DNA from: Vicugna vicugna
Lineage: Eukaryota
Assembly (NCBI GenBank): GCA_013265495.1
Contig: MU058065.1
Span: 7,626,302-7,690,301 of the forward strand
Direction: 5' to 3'
DNA length: 64,000 nucleotides
Below are positions 24,821 to 36,488 of the stretch, one piece after another. A model generated the notes under the pieces. It did no database searches. It was not told the DNA's origin and was given only the letters and a program-made list of their open reading frames with translations. The first letter of the stretch is position 1. Each line of letters opens with the position of its first letter. A program made the position numbers and the translations under genes.

Positions 24821-25643
24821 AGATTTAGACCATCCCACTTCCATGTCCAGATAAGGACACCAGAGATTGTAGTGAGGCATGACCCAAGGGCACACAAGGA
24901 AAGCTTCTTGGTTCTGAGTCCCAGTCAGTTTTTTATCCTATGTGTATGGCTGCTGTCTCTGCCATCTGGTAACAGCTTCACAGCCATGTCCTGTGTGTCT
25001 ACGCACAGGTGGCCATAGTGTGTCTACAATGAAGACCAGAAAGTTGATTCAGTCAGTTCCGCCAAGCCACTGGTTGATTCAGGAAAAGACTATGAGGTAA
25101 GGTGTTAAAAAAATCTTTCTGATCCTTTGTTTTGACTTTGGCATTGGGTAGACTAAACAATCAGTTGACCCCCTGAATGGTTGCTTCTATGCAATTTAAG
25201 ACATACCCCCAAAGTGTGGGTTCAACTCACAGGCTGTGGTGAGTATCAAATGAAAGAGTTAGCATAAGAGGGCATTTTATAAATATACAGATTCTGTATT
25301 TCTCAGAGGGAAAACTTGTAGCAATGAGATGGGGAAGACTGGGTCAAGGTAACATCAAGAATTAAATTCTGACCTCCTAATTACTAATCCAGATGTTTGT
25401 CCTTGCACACCACTTACATCAGCAAAGGTTTAATCCTGACGAGGGTCAACAAACCATAGTAAGTTTCCAAGTTATGGCCGCCAACACAGTAGGACACTGC
25501 AACGAAGAGGCAGCTTATTCATTCCTTTCCCCTCAACCCCACTCCAATCAACAAGAATTTCCTTCCTCTTTTCAAAAAGTAAAGAACTCTGGCTTAAGTC
25601 CTGTTTCTTCAATCATAGAGACCCCACCCACACCCCCCCCCCC

Positions 25644-25914
25644 NNNNNNNNNNNNNNNNNNNNNNNNNNNNNNNNNNNNNNNNNNNNNNNNNNNNNNNNN
25701 NNNNNNNNNNNNNNNNNNNNNNNNNNNNNNNNNNNNNNNNNNNNNNNNNNNNNNNNNNNNNNNNNNNNNNNNNNNNNNNNNNNNNNNNNNNNNNNNNNNN
25801 NNNNNNNNNNNNNNNNNNNNNNNNNNNNNNNNNNNNNNNNNNNNNNNNNNNNNNNNNNNNNNNNNNNNNNNNNNNNNNNNNNNNNNNNNNNNNNNNNNNN
25901 NNNNNNNNNNNNNN
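25644..25914. other. Assembly gap (271 N)
   Basis: Run of N, preceded by a C homopolymer. Confidence 1.
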
Positions 25915-25985
25915 TTAATTTTAATTAATTTATATTTAGAAGGCCACATATAGTTATTGGCTACATTATTGGACAGTACAATTCT
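25915..25985. mobile_element. MER3/MER33-like hAT-Charlie end
   Basis: ttaattttaattaatt..gccacatatagttattggctacattattggacagtaca. Confidence 0.6.
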
Positions 25986-27799
25986 AGAATAAGGTACTAA
26001 TATATCTAAGCTTAGAACTAGAGATGTTTAATATTCACTTATCCTGGATTGTTAAAGAGGAAAATAGTAATAAAAAGCAGGTTATCAAAAAGTGCTGGGT
26101 CCTATATTTATGTTATTTTAAAATGTGCCTATGGATAGGAATAATATACTCAAATTATGAGTATACTCAAAGTATATCTGGGAATGGAATTATAGTTGTT
26201 ACTGTTTTTGCTTTTCCGTGCTTTCTGTTTTCCCCAAAATAGACAATTTGTTCTAAAAATTTTTTAAGTGTTCTACATCTGGTCACAAACTCCACCCTTG
26301 CCCCAAAGCACAGTGTTTGCAGAAAGTATTTATTGCATTTAATTGAAACACTATCATGTAGTTGAGTTTTTCCCATGGCCAGAAAGGTACAAAAACTTGC
26401 ATAGCTGTAGGAAGACAGAGAGGCAGAGATTAAATATGTAACATGCGGACAAGAAGAAGAGTGGAAGCAGAGAGCCCATATCCCTTCAGGCCCTGTGTGG
26501 GTGCCCTGGAGAGCCACCAGGACCCCAAAGTCTTGGGTACCCAAGCACATCCCATGACTTCAAGAAGATCTCTTAACTCAGAGGTGAGTCTTGGCCCTGG
26601 TAGAATGGGTCCTGAACCTGGAACGAAGCTGGTGGGAAGGCCACACTTAGCACATCCTCTAATAACAGACACAGACCCAAGGAGAGGCCAAAACAAATGC
26701 ACTGTATCATCTTGGATTACTATCCTCTATCAAAATCTCTGTCCCTTAGGGATAAAAATTGGGTGAGGGTGGAGAAAGGGGGAGGAGAGAAGAAGCAGGC
26801 AGTAAAGCTGTTCTGCTGCAGACGGATCACTACTTTAGGGTCAAAAAGTTGTTGAATATCAATGCTGAAAGGGATCTAGAGGGATTGCCGCATCCAATTC
26901 CAGCCACTATTGCTGGAACCCACTCTGCGTTAGACGGGTGCAGAGCTGCTCTGTTCCAAGCCCTGCAGAGACAGTGACAGGGATGGGAAATTACTTCTTG
27001 TGTTTAGTCTAAGTATCCCCAGGTGATAGTTTATGATACTTGCTTATTGCTTTGCTAGAGATCTGTCGTTCTACTCTGTGTGTATACAAGTCATTCTCAC
27101 TCACTTTGCTACACACAGTGAATATCCATTCTCTCTATGTGTGCATTATTAAGGAACCACTCTAGAGTTGATTCTTTCACACTTTTCCAGTGAGGAAAAC
27201 AAGATAAAGGGGAAAAGGGAGAAATTCAAAGTATCAGTGGCATAAATTACATTGTAGGTGACTCTTTAATAAGTGTGCCTTGATGATGAAGCAAAAAATA
27301 GAACCTAACTTTCTTTATTCCTAGATTCTTTACAAATGTATGACCAAAGTCCTACATGACAACAAAAGAAGCTTGAAATAACTCTCCCTATGCTTCAACA
27401 TTTTCCTTTCTCACAGCCAACCTCAACTTATAGAACCCACTGAGATATGTCCTTACTAAGAGTTGGGGGAATTTCTCATAGATTTATAATCTCCTATATT
27501 TGGCCATTTTCCCCCCGATCAAACCAAGAAATTTTCAAAAGAAGAAAAAAACCCACAAAATTGTTCATGTTGCATCCCCCATTTGAAATCTAATGGATTT
27601 TTTTCATACTAAGCAGATTTAAATTCAAAGACTAAAATTTCACTAGTGCAGAAGTGAGAGAAGAGACAAAGGTACAATTAAATCAGAATGAACTAATCAG
27701 TATCCAAGAATAAATAGTGAGATCACACACTTTTCCTCTCAGGACCGCACCTGCTGTATTTGTAAAATCTCATTGCTCTGACCAGGGCAGTGTCCTGTT

Positions 27800-28270
27800 C
27801 TATCTGTACCGTAATACCCAACCGATTATTCTTGGGAGGCAAAGAGAGTTGAGGTTCTGGGAGTGCAGCTGGGCTGGAAAAAGTGGATTTGAGGTGGAGA
27901 AAGGGACAAGGCAGGATACATGTCAATACTAAGAAGAGAAGAGGCAACATGAGCTGCCTAGGTTAAGGTGAAACCAGAAACATACTAACGAGACTGGAGT
28001 CGAAGTTCTGTATTGGATTATAGCACCAGGAAAGAAAACCCTAGGATACTAGTCTGAGGAATCTTGACTCAATGCAACAGGCAATCATTGGAAGCTCTTG
28101 AGCAAAGGGATAATATGGCAAAAAATATGTTTAAAGAATATTACTGTGTCAGGACTGTGCAGGCTTAAATTGCAGGAGAGAAGAGAAATTGCAGGCAGTG
28201 GCTTCAGTAGGAGTATATTGCAAGAATCCTGGCCTGCAGCAGTGAGAGCTTGAAGCGGTGGTTGGTGATG
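27800..28270 (-). mobile_element. L2 LINE fragment
   Basis: gaggaatcttgactc..caggcaatcattggaagctcttgagcaaaggga..tgtttaaagaatattact. Confidence 0.6.
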
Positions 28271-28289
28271 GGGATAATAATAATAATAA

Positions 28290-28430
28290 TATAGCTCACA
28301 TTTACTGAGTGGTTACTATGTGCTAGCCACTGTGCAAAGGGCTTCATTTATATTATCACATTTTATGACAACAACACTATGAAGTAGGTACTATTATTGT
28401 TCTTATTTTCAAGTGTGGAAACTGAGGCTT
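28290..28430 (-). mobile_element. MIR SINE
   Basis: agctcacatttactgagtggttactatgtgctag..gtaggtactattatt..ggaaactgaggct. Confidence 0.85.
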
Positions 28431-30479
28431 TTAGCTGCTAAATAAAAGGAGCTACATTTCAGAGGTGAATCTAAAAACTTCGGTGAGCATGCATTGTTAA
28501 GTAAGGAAACAGAATGTTTTAAGAGCCCAAGTAACTGGGGGCATATCTATTAGTGTCAGCAAAAGGAAAAGAGAAACTTTTCAGGAGAGGTAGGTTTCAT
28601 TGGAGGAGAAAGCAAGAGTCTTTTCTCTCCCATATGAACTTCCCATATTCTTCAAATTTTCAAACCCTTATATTTTAATTTCCCAGAAAACTTTCTCAAT
28701 AGGACCTCTTTCTCCCCAGTATATCTGTAGTTTGGTTAACAGACTTGGTTGGGCTGCCCCACAGAGAAAACTGGGATCCAGCAAACACTGCACCAACAGC
28801 AGCCAGTGAAGAGAATCCAGAGACGAGGCTCTTTGCTCTTTCCTGTGTAGGCATGGGGTCACCAGTGACCTTCTGGTTGACCAAGAGACTGGCTGAAGAC
28901 CCTGTCTTTCCCTACCTCTTTGTTACACCCACACTCTCTCAACTGCCACAGCCTCTTGCACCTGGGAGGACAGAGCTGACTTCATTTTTCTACAAGAGCA
29001 CCCTGTTATTCACAGCATTTGGATTTCCTCAGGTCTGGAAGAGAGGTACATTGTGGGAAGACAAGAGCAGTAAAAATGTCTCTATGAAGGATAGGACTTT
29101 TGAGGGGATCTGAGAGCAGGCATCTGCCCAAGGCTATTGGGAGGAGGGGTGAGCAGTTCTGACGTCAAAGAGCCTCCAGGGGTCCTGACACAGAATGAGA
29201 TAATGTCTTTTTTCCTGAGGGAGCAAAGCCCCCCTTGTCCCTAGGGTCTTGTGTAACTCAGGGCATTAGGAGGTTAACCATCAACGAAAGTTCCATCGTA
29301 GCATTAAGAATCTTCCGTGTTAGGTTTGCTTTAGAATATGTGTGTAAGTGTCACACACATATGTTCATATACGCACACTTTCTCGGGGTAGAATTTAAAT
29401 GTGACTAATCTTATCTTTACTCCCTCTTTCTTCTATACTTCTCTTCAACAACCATCCTCTTGTCCTTTTCTTGACCTTCTTCTTCCCCTTCCTCTCTTCA
29501 CCCGAGCCAGTGGAACTTTAGATTGAATGACTTCCATGAGAGGAATGAGGGAAGATGAGACTTATATTCTCCTTCTTTCCATGAAACTATCATACTGAAG
29601 TCAGTCACCCCATAATCAAGTTAAATAGCCATCTGGGGGAGTCACAAGACTTTTCCTAATGGCCAGAAGTGTGGGATTCAAGCTTATTGAATGAAATCCC
29701 AAAAGAGCCCATCCTCAATTATGGTGTCCCTATCAGGGCTTACAGGTGCTCAGCAAGATCCCTATATCATCTGTAGGTCTCCAGGAAGGACCTCCTAAAG
29801 TCTCTCTTCTGCTAGGGGATCTTGAGGAAAAGAGTCAAATCTATAGCTTTTCAGACTTGCTAGAGTCCCCATTTCTTTCCATATCAGAAGACAGTTTTCC
29901 CTTTGTTTTAAGATCTCCACAGAATTGCCTGATCATGCAATTCCACTTTACCCACAACATCTACATTCTCTTAGATAAAAAGTAGCCCTTTGCCATTAGC
30001 ATATGAGTAGAGCATGTGATACCTGGCCATTTTGACCCTAACGTAAATTGCTTTTATAGACTATGGCAAGAAACCAATTCAATGAATCAATCAAGTTAGT
30101 ATTCTCCCTAACTAGAGTAAAGTCTCCAAAATGTCAAGAATGTCACATATTGTGTTCCTCATCCCCCACCTCTAAGGCCCAGAGCAGTGTGGGCATATTC
30201 CTAATGGTTTGTAATCATTTAACTGTCCCCTTCATTAGAGACTCTTGGCATATCAGGGTTTAAAAACTCAGCACCTAGCCTGAAGGGTGATGCATGGAAA
30301 AAAAACATCTTTTCTCATTTTGTTGGCTTAACAGGCAGGTTTTGGTGTACTAACTCTTCTCCCCAAGATTTACTGGTCTTCTAACGAATTCTTTCTTGGG
30401 CAGAGGAGTTTCTTCACATGACCCCACCTATGCAACGGTTTGATTGTTGAAAGGCACGGTGGTGATGTTCCAAGGGCAC

Positions 30480-30903
30480 TGCATTAGTTTCCTGGGGCTG
30501 CTGTGACAAAATTTATAGACTGGGTAGCTTAATACAACATAAGTTTATTCTCTTATAGTTCTTGAGGCCAGAAGTCTAAAACCTAGGTATCAGCAAGGCC
30601 ATGCTCCCCCTAAGACTCTGAGTAGAATCCTCCCCTGCTTCTTCCTCCCTTCTGGTGGTGGCCATTGATCCTTGGCATTCCTTGGCTTGCAGCTGCAGCT
30701 GTCATCACATGGCATCCTTTCTGTGCCTCTATCTTCTTAAAAGCATACAAATCACATTACTTTAGAGCCCATCATTAAGATTTCATCTTCACTTGGTTTT
30801 ATCTGCAAATTCCCTATTTCCAAATAATGTCACATCCACAGGTATTAGTGTTGAGGATTTGAGCATATGTTTTGGAGGGGAGACACAGTTCGACCCATAC
30901 CAG
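30480..30903 (-). mobile_element. MaLR solo LTR (MLT1B/C-like)
   Basis: tgcattagtttcctggggctgctgtgacaaa..ccttggcattccttggcttgcagctgca..ccctatttccaaataatgtcacat..acacagttcgacccatacca. Confidence 0.9.
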
Positions 30904-31639
30904 TCACTCTGTTTTCCTTTTGTCGCATGCAGACTCATTAGCAAGTGAGCACTCAGCTACACGTGATCAAGCGTTGTCTGCTACAGAGGTGATGCTGAGA
31001 GGATGGGCTTGACCACAAGGTCAAGGGTAGCTTCTGACTGCACTGATTAGCCCATCTGGCAATAAGTGGGCCACATGTTACTCCCACTTTTAAACAGACA
31101 GGGAAACTGAGACTTTGAGAGTTTATCTAGGCTGACCAGACTCACAAGGAAGTTGTCAGGATTGAATGCAATGTATCTGTAAAAAATAAATTGTAAAGGT
31201 TGGGAAGCTGTACAAATATGAGTGGAGATCCTTCTTCTCTGGGTCACTTTGGCCTCTATGAAGAGATAAGGGCTCCTATTCAGAGGGTGGAGTTGGAAAT
31301 GTTGGGATTTTCCCAGTGACAGATTGCTTTACCCTTTCCCAGTTTCTTCTAGAATCCAGAGCTCTTCCATAAAATCCCAGACATGCTTTTCCTGAAACCC
31401 TTCTTTTCTTAATCTTGATTTCTGGCTATTCCACCTTCATGGTTTAGATGTATGGACATGGAACTTAGAAGGCCTTTTAATTCTGTCTGTAAGAGATCCA
31501 TCTAAGGGAGAAGGAGGCTGTATTTCAGGCCTAAGAAAGACTCAAGCCCAGTCTTAGAACTGTAGGGCAGTTCAGAGGTCAGTGCCATGGAACAGAGATG
31601 AGTCCGCCCTGCCTGCCCTCAACTGCCCTTGAGTTTCCT

Positions 31640-31800
31640 TATTGCTCTTGCCACACTGCAACTAAAGTGATATTTTTTAATGCAAAAAATTGATCATGTG
31701 ACTCCTTCTCAAAAGTTACCAGTGGATCCCTATAACTCACTAGGTAAAATACACAATCCTTGCCATGAATTGTGGGCCTTCCACAGCCTGGCCTCTCTCT
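31640..31800 (+). mobile_element. L2 LINE fragment
   Basis: ccacactgcaactaaagtgatattt..tgatcatgtgactccttctcaaaa..cagtggatccc. Confidence 0.65.
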
Positions 31801-32289
31801 GCCCACGAGCCACGTTCTCTCCCCACAGACCTTCCTGTTACCCATGAGGATCCATTTGCAGTTTTCTGGATACCCCGAGTTCTCTCATCACTCCTTTCCA
31901 TTTTATATTCTCGCATTTCAATTAGAAGGAAAACAAACAGAAGATAATAATGCTTGATATTTTAACCTCCAAAAATGGACCATGGTCTTATTTAACCTGG
32001 AGAGTCTGTGAATGTAAAAGTTAATTTTTAATTTTATTTTTGGCTATTTTCAATCCCATTTCCCACATTCTGTCCCTCACATGAAGAAGACAGACTCTGT
32101 GAGCCTACAGGGATCCTTCTACTTCCTGTGGCTGCTGCTGTGTTGTTGTTGTCAGACATCCATTAGATTGGAGTCCAGATTAGGTGGAGCTGGAAGAATG
32201 GAGTGAGTGCACGCCCCTGTGTGAACACCCACACAGCTACAATAAATCACAATCAGCATCCCCTATCTGAATTTTCCATGCCCATGGAG

Positions 32290-32450
32290 GAGGCCCAGAC
32301 CTCTTATTTCCTTCTGTCCTTCCTCCATCTACTCACTCCATCTCATCTCTCTCTTCTCCATCACTGTCTCACTTCAACCCTCATCATATCACAGCTGGAT
32401 CATTGCAAGAATCTCCTCCAGGTCTTTCTGGAATGCTCTCCTCTTAGGGC
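32290..32450 (+). mobile_element. L2 LINE fragment (reverse-transcriptase C-terminal relic)
   Basis: Translates TLIISQLDHCKNLL, resembling the L2/CR1-group motif LIISRLDYCNSLL. Confidence 0.6.
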
Positions 32451-34939
32451 AGTACTTTGCTCTTTTTTTTTTTTTTTTCCCTCTACCTCTTTAAATTATC
32501 AGGTTCTTTGGAAATTCCTATCTCTTTTGCAACTTTCCCATTCCTCCATTCACCTCCACCACCACTCAAATTTAAATAACAAACTGCAACAAAACACTGC
32601 AGGAAAGGGGAAGTCGTCAATATGTCTTCTCCATACCCTTACCTGTAGTCTGTTCCTTAAGATCTCAACTAGCTACTATCCTGACCACCCCAAGGAAAAA
32701 CAGAATTACCTGTTTGAGTTCAAGTCCCAGTCTCAGGCCTATGCCTTTTCTCAAATAGGAGCCCACCATCCAAATCTCTCTAACATAGTCTGTGCCTGGT
32801 TTGTTTACTGTATTAAACACACAGGGACAAACACCTTTGACTTCTTAAGGCACAAACACACACTGAAGATAATTTCTACACCTCACCCTTGGATCAGTCA
32901 GAGTTAACAAGGTGTGAACAAGCAGGCTAGCCTCACCCAGAACCTCAGGGTAGATAAAGCAGGCAGGAGATAACTAGTGTGTGTCTTAATCCTAAATCTA
33001 TAATTAATGGATCACCCATGGATCCTCATTCTCTCGAACTTTGATGTGAAGCCTTCAGCTGTGACTTAGCCTGGAAGAGGGTGGGGTACCCAGAGAGAAA
33101 GATACCAAGCAACTCTGCCACCAAGGTGGTGCCACCAAATAGCACAAGCTCAACTTCCCAGTAACTTGTATCCTGAGAAATTCAGTTATCACCCTGAGAC
33201 ACACAGCCTAGAGGGACTCACAGGTTTTGGGTGAGGTGACAACAATAAGGAAAATAAAAAGGAAATAAAGAAATAAAAACTCCTGACCCTGCTTGATAGA
33301 AGCAAACTGATAATTTGACAAGTCTCCATAAAGTAGGCAGGGCATAAATGTATACCCCTTTTAAAATAAAAAAAGAAAAACCCCACAAAGTTAAACAAAC
33401 AACAACAACAAAAGTTGAATGTATACATTTTTGTTCTGTATGATGAAGTGGAAGGGCAAAGCATGAAATAGGGATTTAGACATTAGTTCAGTTCTACTAA
33501 CTGCATAATTGATTTGAAGCAAGTCTTTTAACCTCTCTGAATGTTTGTTTTATCACTGATGTGTAGCCCTAATAAATTCAGAGACCCATGTGACTCAGTC
33601 TCAGAGAAGTGTCAGGTTTAGAAAGCAACATCCCAATATTAAAAGTAATGAAGATGAATCCCATGTATTATTCATGACTCTCTGAAGACATTAAAGGGAT
33701 GAAAATACATGCTTCTCAGAGACACATTCGAATTCTCTTTCCTGCCCAATCTACTTTCTTATCATAGTTACTTTGCCTCTGATCTCCAGGCGGAAAATAA
33801 AATGCTTCCTCTTTACTCCCTACTCATAAAGCTTTCTGTCGCTTTCATCCTCCCTTCCCGCCCTCCAAGTACTGTAATATGTAGATCAACTTATCTCTTC
33901 TTCCAGCAAAAACATCTTCCCTCTTGTATGAGCATAGGCGGTAGAAATTGGAGTAGCATTTACAAGATTCTTTTTCGTGAGGTTGGGGAGGAAATGAGTC
34001 TGAAAATAATCCTAAACTACTGATTGTGGTCCTTGTATTATTAATTTTTGTCCAGTAACATTAAATATGAGACCTCTAATCTCTCCTTGTTTACTTCGCA
34101 CATTTGTTGCTTAGACCAAATAAGATACTGTTTTGGAAAACCATAAATCACATACTGTATTTTTATGTGACTCTATCATAAAATGTTTGGCACAATTTCC
34201 CTTTCCTAGGTGCCAAGGGAAAAATATAGGGGATAGGAAGAATTTCTCCTTAAAATAACCGTGTAAATGATTATTCCTCTAATACTGTTGATCATATCCC
34301 TCTGTTGTTTACTATGTCTTTACCTTACTTTTCCAACTTTAGAATTCCCAAAGATAAGGTTTTGTTTTTGTGTCTCTGTAAATGGGGTCCTCCAATAATG
34401 AATTGACTAATTCATTCAAGTAATAAATATCAATGAATTTGTGATTTCCTCCCTTAAAAAACACACACATACACACACACAACTCCCATGAGTCAGATTC
34501 TTGGTGTTAAATGAATCACAGCCTTTTCCTTCAAGAAGGGGATCTAGTGGGTAGGGTGAGAATGTAAGCAGACATTTTAAATCATTGATTCCTGATTGAG
34601 TGAAGTCCAAGGAAAGGGAAGGGAATTGAGAGACCAGCCTACTGATTAAGGAGCTGCTGTTACCAGTGCCTAACTCAGATCCTCTTCTCCTGTGGGCTAA
34701 CCCAGAGAGAGCCCAGAAGCTGAAGTAAACAATGTTATTCAGCCTTCTGTTGGCTATGTACATCCCCTCCTCCCTTTTTTGAATCCTATGAGAGAGACTA
34801 ATAAAGACAGATCACACTTTCTCAGCTTCCCTTGCAGTTAGAGGTGTTCATGGAACCCAGTTGTAGCCAGTGGGCAAGTCTGTTGAGGAGCTTTGGGAAA
34901 GTTTTCCTTTCCTGATAAGAGAAAGAGAAAGAAAAGGGA

Positions 34940-36488
34940 GGAAAAAACCTAAAAAGCTTCTACACAGCAAAGGAAACAATCAGCAACATGAGAATTCAAA
35001 CTTTGGAGTGGGAAAATATTTGCAAATGCTGTATCTGTTGAGGGGTTAATGTATAAAATACACAAGGAACTCTTACAACTCAATAAAAAAAAATCCACAA
35101 ATTGCTGATTTTAAAAAATGGACACTTAGAATGACATTCTCCAGGAGCATCCATGTTGCTGCAAATGGAATTATGTTGTCAGTTTTTATTAGGTGATACA
35201 ATTATTTTTTTCTTTACTTGAGATATTCTGTTTATGCTTAGTATTAGGAAGACAGTACTTAATATTTAAATTTTCTATTCCTCAGTCAAATTATTAGTCT
35301 ACCAGATATTTTTTATATTTGATTTGTATTTGCAAAGGTTATTATATTTATACATTGATGAGTGACACAAAGGAACAAAACTAAGGATATTTACTTCTTT
35401 GATTTACTAATTATATATTCAAAATAAGTAAAAATGTATGCATGACTTTGACTTAACAGGAAATTGATAAACTGATTGTGTATCTTAGTTGGCTTTATTA
35501 TGTGTTTGAAAGAGACAAAAGAACATGCGTTAAATTATATACAGAATCTTAACTTTAGATGAAAAAACATTGCCTTCAGAAATATAATTGTTAACATTTT
35601 GAGGTATATGATTCCCTTATTTAGATTCCTGCTTCTATTTCATTTAATAAAATATTTTATCAAAAAAAATGGACAAAGGTGTTGAATAGACATTTCTCCA
35701 AAGAAGACATACAAACAGCCAATAAGCATATTAAAAGGCACTCAATATCACTAATTATCAGGGAAAAGTAGTCAATATGGCAATGAGATATCACCTCATA
35801 CCTATTAAAATGGCTATTACCAAAACCAAAACCAAAACCAAAATATAACAAGTGTTCAGAAGAATGTGAAAAAATTGGAACTCTTATACATTGTTTATAG
35901 GAATGTAATAGTGCAGTCACTATGGAAAACAGTATGGAAGTTCCTAAAGAATTTAAAATTAGAAGTACTACATGATCCAGCCATCTCACTACTAGATGTA
36001 TATCCAAGAGAATTGAAGCCAGCATCACAAGAGATGTTTGCATTGCCATGTTCTTAGAAGCATTGCTCACAATAGTCAAGATATGGAAACAATCTAAATG
36101 CCCATCAATGAATAAATGGATAAAGAAAATGTGGTGTATACAATGGAATATTATTCAACCTTAAAAAAGAGAGAAAACCTGCCACCTGTGACAACATAGA
36201 TGACCCTGGAGGACATTATGCTTAATATAATAAGCCAGTAACTGAAGGACAAATATTGCATGATCCCACTTATGTGAGGAATCTAAAATAGTCAACTCAC
36301 AGAAGCAGAATGTAAAACGGTGGTTACCAGGGACTTGGGGAAGGGGAGTTTGGAGGTGATGGTAATGAATATCAAATTTCAGTTGTGCTAGATGAATACG
36401 TCCTACAAACCTGCTGAACAGCACAGTGCCTATAGTTAACAACAGTGTATTGTGCACACTGGGTAGATCTCATATTCAATTAAAAAAG
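34940..36488 (+). mobile_element. L1MA-type LINE 3' part, interrupted by the insertion at 35125-35663
   Basis: aagcttctacacagcaaaggaaacaatc..QSLWKTVWKFLKNLKLEV..HDPAISLL..3'UTR tttcagttgtgctagatgaata..gtgcctatagttaacaacagtgtattgtgcac. Confidence 0.9.
35125..35663 (+). mobile_element. L1-mediated insertion: ~65-bp inverted L1 fragment plus ~470 bp of non-L1 polyadenylated sequence (probable 3' transduction)
   Basis: Perfect 12-bp TSD aaaaaatggaca (35113-35124 and 35664-35675) at a tt/aaaa site; AATAAA at 35646-35651. Confidence 0.75.

Noticed and set aside
25393..25953. 186-aa and 125-aa ORFs
   Set aside because: Their length comes from the N gap.
29160..29167. Full CRE palindrome TGACGTCA
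   Set aside because: A single 8-mer with no supporting promoter context.
29336..29362. 10-bp inverted repeat atatgtgtgt/acacacatat
   Set aside because: Low-complexity TG/CA sequence, expected by chance.
32203..32907. 234-aa ORF
   Set aside because: GTG start, pyrimidine-biased, and runs through an L2 relic and a poly-T run. No coherent protein similarity.
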